Virus genome (UHGV): UHGV-0303171
Origin: a virus
DNA length: 60,072 nucleotides
Strand: one strand, 5' to 3'
The notes under the pieces were generated by a model that saw only the letters and a list, made by a program, of their open reading frames with translations, was not told where the DNA came from and did no database searches. Shown piece after piece: positions 55,111 through 60,072 of the stretch (within the stretch, counting starts at the first letter, position 1; each line of letters starts with the position of its first letter). A program made the translations under genes and the position numbers.

Positions 55111-55965
55111 ATGTCAAACAATGAAGTAAAAGAGTATCAGGTAGGAGCACCTACAATGCAAATTCCTGATACATCAAAAATAAATCAGGGAACCGTTGCT
55201 ATTGAGTCAAGCAGAGCCATGGTAGAAGCACAGGGAAAGCTTCTGTTGGCGAAACAGTTTCCTAGAAACTACACACAATCATATACGAAAGCGATTGAAG
55301 CGTGTCAACGGAAAGGATTTGCAGAAAGTGCATTCTATTCTTATCCAAGAGGAAAAGAGACTGTGACAGGAGTTACGATCAGATTTGCTGAGGAGCTTGC
55401 TCGCTGCTACGGAAACATGGATTATGGTATTAAAGAGCTTTCACACGAAGATGGACGTTCGGAAATGCAGGCTTACGCTTGGGATTTGGAAACGAACACT
55501 ATTTCCAGTCAGAACTTTACTGTTGAGCATATCAGAGAGACACGGTACGGGAATAACAAGCTAACATCTCAGCGTGACATCTATGAGAAGACTGCAAACG
55601 ATGGAGCAAGAAGACTCAGAAGCCGTATCCTTGCGATTTTGCCACCGGACCTTATCGAAAACTGTATCAATGAGTGCAAGAAGACTCTCAGGGGAGAAGA
55701 GAGCTTACCACTGTCTGACAGAGTAAGAACACTGGTTGCGTACTTCTCTAAGAAAGGCGTGACACAGGAAATGATTGAGAAACGTCTGAACCACAAAGTT
55801 GAGACCATGACTTCTGACGAACTTGTTGAATATACCGGAATCTATAACGGTCTGATTCACAAAGAAACAACCATCTCAGATTGGTTCGAGCAACCGAAGA
55901 CAGCGAGTCAGATTTCAGAGCTGATGAAAGAGGAAGAAGAAAACGAGAAAAAGGGTGATAAGTAA
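55111..55965 (+). CDS. recT: RecT-family single-strand annealing protein
   Basis: The RecT-like core is FAEELARCYGNMDYG...AYAWDLETNT...RSRILAILPPDLIE. Confidence 0.8.
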   Translation: MSNNEVKEYQVGAPTMQIPDTSKINQGTVAIESSRAMVEAQGKLLLAKQFPRNYTQSYTKAIEACQRKGFAESAFYSYPRGKETVTGVTIRFAEELARCYGNMDYGIKELSHEDGRSEMQAYAWDLETNTISSQNFTVEHIRETRYGNNKLTSQRDIYEKTANDGARRLRSRILAILPPDLIENCINECKKTLRGEESLPLSDRVRTLVAYFSKKGVTQEMIEKRLNHKVETMTSDELVEYTGIYNGLIHKETTISDWFEQPKTASQISELMKEEEENEKKGDK

Positions 55966-55966
55966 A

Positions 55967-56359
55967 ATGGAATATCATGTGACTGTTAAAGGGTTTAAAA
56001 GCGGATTGAATGAGCTTTTAGGTGGAAGAATGTATGACCACCGGACCAAGAAGTATCGTAATCCGGAAAAGAGTAGAAATGATGCAATCTGCGCTAAGTA
56101 CATCAAACTGAGCAAGGATTTACGTGGCGTAAAGATTGAAAGACCTGTAATTATTCATTATTCGTTTTATTGTGAAAACAAGATGCACGACAGGATGAAT
56201 GTTGCTTCTGCTTTTATTAAGTCTTTTGAAGATGCGATGCAAAAATGTAGAATTATCAGAAATGATGGTTGGGACGATGTACTCACTCCGACATTATCAT
56301 TTGATATTGACAAGCAGAAACCGAGAGTAGAAGTGACAATTGAAGAGGTAGAAGAATGA
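55967..56359 (+). CDS. RusA-like Holliday junction resolvase (putative)
   Basis: HDRMNVASAFIKSFEDAMQKCRIIRNDGWDDV fits the RusA D.DN..K...DAL....DD..V pattern. Confidence 0.5.
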   Translation: MEYHVTVKGFKSGLNELLGGRMYDHRTKKYRNPEKSRNDAICAKYIKLSKDLRGVKIERPVIIHYSFYCENKMHDRMNVASAFIKSFEDAMQKCRIIRNDGWDDVLTPTLSFDIDKQKPRVEVTIEEVEE

Positions 56360-56793
56360 ATAATGTAAGTTTAGTTGGCAGACTTGTTCGTGATCCAGAA
56401 GTGAGATATGGACAAAATGAAAGTGTTTCAGTAGCAAAGTTTTCACTGGCAGTTGAAAGAAAATGGAAGAGAGACGGTGAGCCTACAGTTGATTTTATAA
56501 ATTGTACAGTGTTTGGGAAATCAGCAGAATTCACAGAGAAATATTTCCGAAAAGGAATGAGAGTTGCGATTACTGGAAGAATTCAGACTGGCAGTTACAA
56601 GAACAAAGATGGACAGACTGTTTTTACGACAGAGATTATCGTAGAGTCACAGGAAATCGCTCAGAGTAAATCAGAGAGTAATGAAAGTTCCACCGCTAGC
56701 AATGCAGAAGCTGGAAAATCACCATACGGTTCTAGCGGAGACGATTTTATGTCTATTCCTGAAGGTACTGAAGATGAACTCCCGTTCTCATAA
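56356..56793 (+). CDS. ssb: single-stranded DNA-binding protein
   Basis: The OB-fold N-terminus is MNNVSLVGRLVRDPEVRYGQNESVSVAKFSLAV. The acidic C-terminal tail is DDFMSIPEGTEDELPF. Confidence 0.95.
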   Translation: MNNVSLVGRLVRDPEVRYGQNESVSVAKFSLAVERKWKRDGEPTVDFINCTVFGKSAEFTEKYFRKGMRVAITGRIQTGSYKNKDGQTVFTTEIIVESQEIAQSKSESNESSTASNAEAGKSPYGSSGDDFMSIPEGTEDELPFS

Positions 56794-56872
56794 GCCGAAA
56801 AAGTGTTGTCATCCAGATTGCTTTAATTGTCCGTATTCCGATTGTATATGGGACGAACTTACGTCAAGCGAT

Positions 56873-57202
56873 ATGTCAGAGACTAATAATCGAGACTATC
56901 AATTTTACGAAGAGTCAACAGGTGAAAAGTATCATAAAGGTACGGACAATGAATACAGAGCAGAAAGAGAAAAGCTGTACAGGAAAGAGCATCCGGTCAA
57001 AAGAGATCGTTCTGAATACAATAAACAATATTATCTGAAGAATAAGGAAAGGATTAAAAAGAATCGTTCCAGTTCTTATGACACTGATTGCAATACGAAA
57101 AAATGTAAAAAGTGGAGAAAATCTCACATGGAACACAAGAAAGAATATGACAGAAAGAGATATTTACAAAGAAAGGCAGAATTAAAGCCAGGGGGAACTT
57201 GA
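56873..57202 (+). CDS. basic K/R-rich hypothetical protein
   Basis: The start is placed at the first ATG after the ssb stop. The track ORF overlaps ssb. Confidence 0.4.
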   Translation: MSETNNRDYQFYEESTGEKYHKGTDNEYRAEREKLYRKEHPVKRDRSEYNKQYYLKNKERIKKNRSSSYDTDCNTKKCKKWRKSHMEHKKEYDRKRYLQRKAELKPGGT

Positions 57203-57218
57203 TTTGGGAGAGAGAAGA

Positions 57219-57935
57219 ATGTTTACGAAAAGAATCACAGAATCAGATGAATTTTTGGGAATGCCTAGTAGCTCTCAGATGCTGTACTTCCATCTTTCGA
57301 TGAATGCTGACGATGATGGATTTGTCAGCAATCCACGGAAGATTCAGAGAATGTGTGGTGCTTCAAATGATGATTATGACTTGTTAATTATGAAGAGATT
57401 CATTCTGACGTTTGAAAGTGGTGTTATCGTAATCAAGCATTGGAGAATGCATAACTACATTCAATCTGACCGATATAAGCCAACCGACTGCATCGATGAA
57501 AAGAAGATGCTTGGGTTGAAAAAGAACAAGGCTTACACTCTGGATGCATCTCAGATGGATAAGAGATGCATCCAGGCAACTGACAAGATTACATCTGATA
57601 GAGAAATCGCACAAATTGAGGAACCAAGCAGTCAGATTGAGTCAATCAAAGAAATCATATCGTACTTGAATATGAGAACCGGAGCAAGATACAGATATCA
57701 AACTCAAAGCACTCAAAAGCATATTAGAGCAAGGCTGAATGAACATTTTACTGTTGATGATTTCAAGGCAGTGATTGACAAGAAATACGCTGAGTGGAAC
57801 GGGACAAACATGAGCAAGTTTTTGAGACCAGAGACATTGTTCGGGACTAAATTTGAGAGTTACTTAAATCAGAGTGCATCTACTGCAAATTCTGCCAATG
57901 GAAAGATTTCTGAATGGAGTGAGTTACGGACATGA
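57219..57935 (+). CDS. phage replisome organizer / DnaD-like replication protein
   Basis: The C-terminus ARLNEHFTVDDFKAVIDKKYAEWNGTNMSKFLRPETLFGTKFESYLNQ matches the conserved phage replication-protein C-terminal domain (Phg_2220_C-type). Confidence 0.7.
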   Translation: MFTKRITESDEFLGMPSSSQMLYFHLSMNADDDGFVSNPRKIQRMCGASNDDYDLLIMKRFILTFESGVIVIKHWRMHNYIQSDRYKPTDCIDEKKMLGLKKNKAYTLDASQMDKRCIQATDKITSDREIAQIEEPSSQIESIKEIISYLNMRTGARYRYQTQSTQKHIRARLNEHFTVDDFKAVIDKKYAEWNGTNMSKFLRPETLFGTKFESYLNQSASTANSANGKISEWSELRT

Positions 57936-58462
57936 CAAAAAATGAAACAATTCAAATCATAATGATGATTCAAGCCACGTATCCTCAATGGGATGTGCAA
58001 GACAAGCAATACACCGTCAATATGTGGCAGAAGATATTCGAAGAAGAAGAATATAGCGTTGTTGAACAAGCTTTAATGGCTTACATCAGATCAGACACAA
58101 AAGGTTTTGCACCAGTCCCAGGACAATTAATAGAGAAGATTCAGTTCATTACTCAACCAAAACAGATGAACGAAGTAGAAGCGTGGTCGCTTGTCAGCAA
58201 AGCACTCAAAAGATGCGGGTATTATGCTGATGAAGAATTTGAGAAACTTCCGAAGCTTGTTCAGAAAGCAGTTGGCAGCCCTAGTCAATTAAGAACATGG
58301 GCAATTGACAAAAATTACAATGAACAGGTGACCAGCTCAAACTTCATGCGATCTTACCGAGAAGAAGTGAGAAACGAAACACTGTTCGGTAAGATGAGTT
58401 TAGTTATCAGAAATGCAATTACAGATAACAGAAATGTTGGAATGATTGAAGAGAAAGGATAG
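57932..58462 (+). CDS. G39P-like helicase loader (putative)
   Basis: IQIIMMIQATYPQWDVQDKQYTVNMWQKIF...APVPGQLIEKI resembles the loader/inhibitor of G40P N-terminal domain. Confidence 0.5.
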   Translation: MTKNETIQIIMMIQATYPQWDVQDKQYTVNMWQKIFEEEEYSVVEQALMAYIRSDTKGFAPVPGQLIEKIQFITQPKQMNEVEAWSLVSKALKRCGYYADEEFEKLPKLVQKAVGSPSQLRTWAIDKNYNEQVTSSNFMRSYREEVRNETLFGKMSLVIRNAITDNRNVGMIEEKG

Positions 58463-58467
58463 AGAAT

Positions 58468-59121
58468 ATGAGTGAAGCTATTAAATCATACAAAGGATTC
58501 AGAAAAGACATGACTTGCAGAGGTTATCAGTATGAAGAAGGTAAAGAATATGAAGAAAGCAATGCATTAATTTGTGAAAATAGATTCCATGCTTGTGAAT
58601 ATCCGTTGGATTGTCTTAGTTATTATAGTCCATCGGAAAGTGTATATCATGAAGTTGAACAGAGTGGAAAGATTTCGAAAAAATCAGGAGATACCAAAGT
58701 TGCATCAACAAAAATTAAAATTGGTGCAAAACTTAGTATTGCAGGATTAGTAGAAGCAGCTATTGAATATACGGAAGAAAGAGTCAAACAAGAAGAGGAT
58801 TCCGATGGAGACTACGGAGCATCCTCAGCGACAGGAAACTGTGGAGCATCCTCAGCGACAGGATACAAAGGAGCATCCTCAGCAGAAAGCCCTAACGCTG
58901 TCGCTGTGGCTTGGGGATATAAAGGAAAAGCGAAAGGCGTGAAAGGCTCGTTTCTTGTCCTTGCAGACTGGGAGTGTAAAGGAAAAGAATCAGATAACTA
59001 TTATAAAGAAGATATGTGGGATCTAAAAGATGCTGTGATAGTTCGTGTTGACGGAGAAACAATCAAAGAAGATACGTGGTACACGATGGTTGACGGAAAA
59101 GTTGTTGAGGTAAAGGAGTAG
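58468..59121 (+). CDS. hypothetical protein with GASSATG repeats
   Basis: 217-aa ORF after a GAGAAAGGATAG RBS. Confidence 0.5.
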   Translation: MSEAIKSYKGFRKDMTCRGYQYEEGKEYEESNALICENRFHACEYPLDCLSYYSPSESVYHEVEQSGKISKKSGDTKVASTKIKIGAKLSIAGLVEAAIEYTEERVKQEEDSDGDYGASSATGNCGASSATGYKGASSAESPNAVAVAWGYKGKAKGVKGSFLVLADWECKGKESDNYYKEDMWDLKDAVIVRVDGETIKEDTWYTMVDGKVVEVKE

Positions 59122-59123
59122 CC

Positions 59124-59342
59124 ATGAACACAGGAGAAAAGATAGATTACATGATTCAGTGTTTGAAAGTCGCAAAAGCTGAGTGGGATTACATGGCTGA
59201 TTACATTGCAAATGAACCGACTGAAAGATCAGAGCTGTGGGAGTTCCTTGATACACACAGAAGTCCGAACAAGGCGTTGATTAAGGACAACTTGAAAAAC
59301 GTGGCGAGAATGGGATTCCAGCTTGCGAATGAGGTGAAGTGA
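59124..59342 (+). CDS. hypothetical protein
   Basis: 72-aa ORF. Confidence 0.45.
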   Translation: MNTGEKIDYMIQCLKVAKAEWDYMADYIANEPTERSELWEFLDTHRSPNKALIKDNLKNVARMGFQLANEVK

Positions 59343-59500
59343 TGATGACGGTAAGAGAAGAACAGGTACTTTGCAAACTGCATGAATTTATCGATGCAAA
59401 CGATATTAATTGTGCAGAAGATGTGACGCAGCGAGATAGCATAAGTGAACAGTGCGTAGATCTTGTGGCAGAGTTGGTTGATACGCTTTGCTATAAATAA
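59342..59500 (+). CDS. hypothetical small protein
   Basis: 52 aa with overlapping ATGA start. Confidence 0.3.
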   Translation: MMTVREEQVLCKLHEFIDANDINCAEDVTQRDSISEQCVDLVAELVDTLCYK

Positions 59501-59565
59501 CATTAAATTACAGAAAGGAGACGGAGCTCCGGCCGGGCAAAGATATATCGGCTCCTTTCGAGAAG

Positions 59566-60072
59566 ATGAAACAGAGAATAAAGAAAATAAAATGTGAAAT
59601 CTTTCGAGATTCCATGCAGAACTATAAGAAATATGCAATCCCACCAGCACAGCTAATTATAGCGGATGTGCCATACAATGTCGGAAGTAATTTCTACGGA
59701 AGCAATCCAATGTGGTACGTAGGTGGGGATAATAAAAATGGTGAAAGCAAACTTGCAAAGAAAGCAGCATTCAATTCCGATTTCAATTTCAATTTGTATG
59801 AGTATTTCCATTTTTGCTCAAAAATGTTGAAGAAAGAACCTAAGAAAGCTGGTAAGCGTGGACGAAGTTCTGACGCACCATGCATGATTGTGTTTTGCAG
59901 TTTCGAACAGTTAAGCACACTGATCAACGCAGCTAAGAAACATGGCTTTGTGAATTACATACCGCTTGTATTTGTGAAAAATTACAGCCCACAGGTATTG
60001 AAAGCAAATATGCGTGTTGTAGGCGCTACGGAATACGCTTTGGTATTATACCGAGACAAACTTCCAAAATTT
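59566..60072 (+). CDS. DNA methyltransferase, N-terminal part (ORF runs off the window end and resumes in frame at nt 1)
   Basis: IIADVPYNVG is a DPPY-like motif IV. There is no stop before nt 60072 and exactly 169 codons. Continuation at 1..357 gives the HPAQKP and DPCCGSGST motifs in the correct order for PF01555. Confidence 0.75.
   Translation, partial: MKQRIKKIKCEIFRDSMQNYKKYAIPPAQLIIADVPYNVGSNFYGSNPMWYVGGDNKNGESKLAKKAAFNSDFNFNLYEYFHFCSKMLKKEPKKAGKRGRSSDAPCMIVFCSFEQLSTLINAAKKHGFVNYIPLVFVKNYSPQVLKANMRVVGATEYALVLYRDKLPKF

Overview
The window reads as a near-complete, low-GC temperate siphovirus-like phage or prophage genome of about 60 kb, of the Firmicutes/Clostridia type. An N6/N4 DNA-methyltransferase ORF runs off the 3' end (59566..60072, no stop) and continues in frame at position 1 (to 357). 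The window is therefore probably a circularly permuted or closed-circle sequence. The modules occur in this order:
- 381-7100: small early genes, many of them Cys-rich, including a polymerase-beta-fold nucleotidyltransferase, YopX and DUF1653.
- 7174-9200: Xis-like gene, tyrosine integrase (int) and an attP-like repeat region.
- 9228-13769: accessory or moron block of odd proteins, with a Q-rich protein, a YjcZ-like membrane protein, a BclA-C-like protein and an HExxH mini-protein.
- 12737-12888 and 19688-19836: two copies of a conserved leader RNA with an intrinsic terminator.
- 14543-15283: Rha regulator.
- 15832-16045: array of 14-bp-phased palindromic TTATATAA iterons.
- 16957-18408: three genes on the opposite strand, including an FtsK/SpoIIIE-type ATPase.
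- 23295-24504: tRNA cluster with Ser-GCU, Arg-ACG and Gln-UUG, plus an anticodon-arm-less tRNA-like element.
- 24550-35557: HTH/TerS-like gene, large terminase, portal, scaffold, gpD-like decoration protein, gpE-like major capsid, major tail protein, and tail assembly chaperone with a -1 frameshift.
- 35603-39826: 1407-aa tape measure protein with a C-terminal SLT domain.
- 39840-46262: tail tip genes.
- 48144-49889: XkdX and a GH25 endolysin.
- 49943-53090: lysogeny switch with two XRE repressors, a Cro-like gene, ATCCTAAAA operators and a Bro-N antirepressor.
- 54284-58462: recombination and replication block with PD-(D/E)XK exonuclease, RecT, RusA, SSB, replisome organizer and a G39P-like loader.

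The most notable system is a diversity-generating retroelement (DGR) at the end of the tail module. It has a DGR-type reverse transcriptase (RT) with the IGxxxSQ motif (46640..47845). A 98-bp template repeat (TR, 46359..46456) matches the 3' end of the upstream 504-aa tail-fibre-like gene (variable repeat, VR, 46163..46260). All 14 mismatches fall at TR adenines, which is the signature of adenine-directed mutagenic retrohoming.

All calls rest on reading the sequence and ORF translations by eye. No database or covariance-model searches were run.
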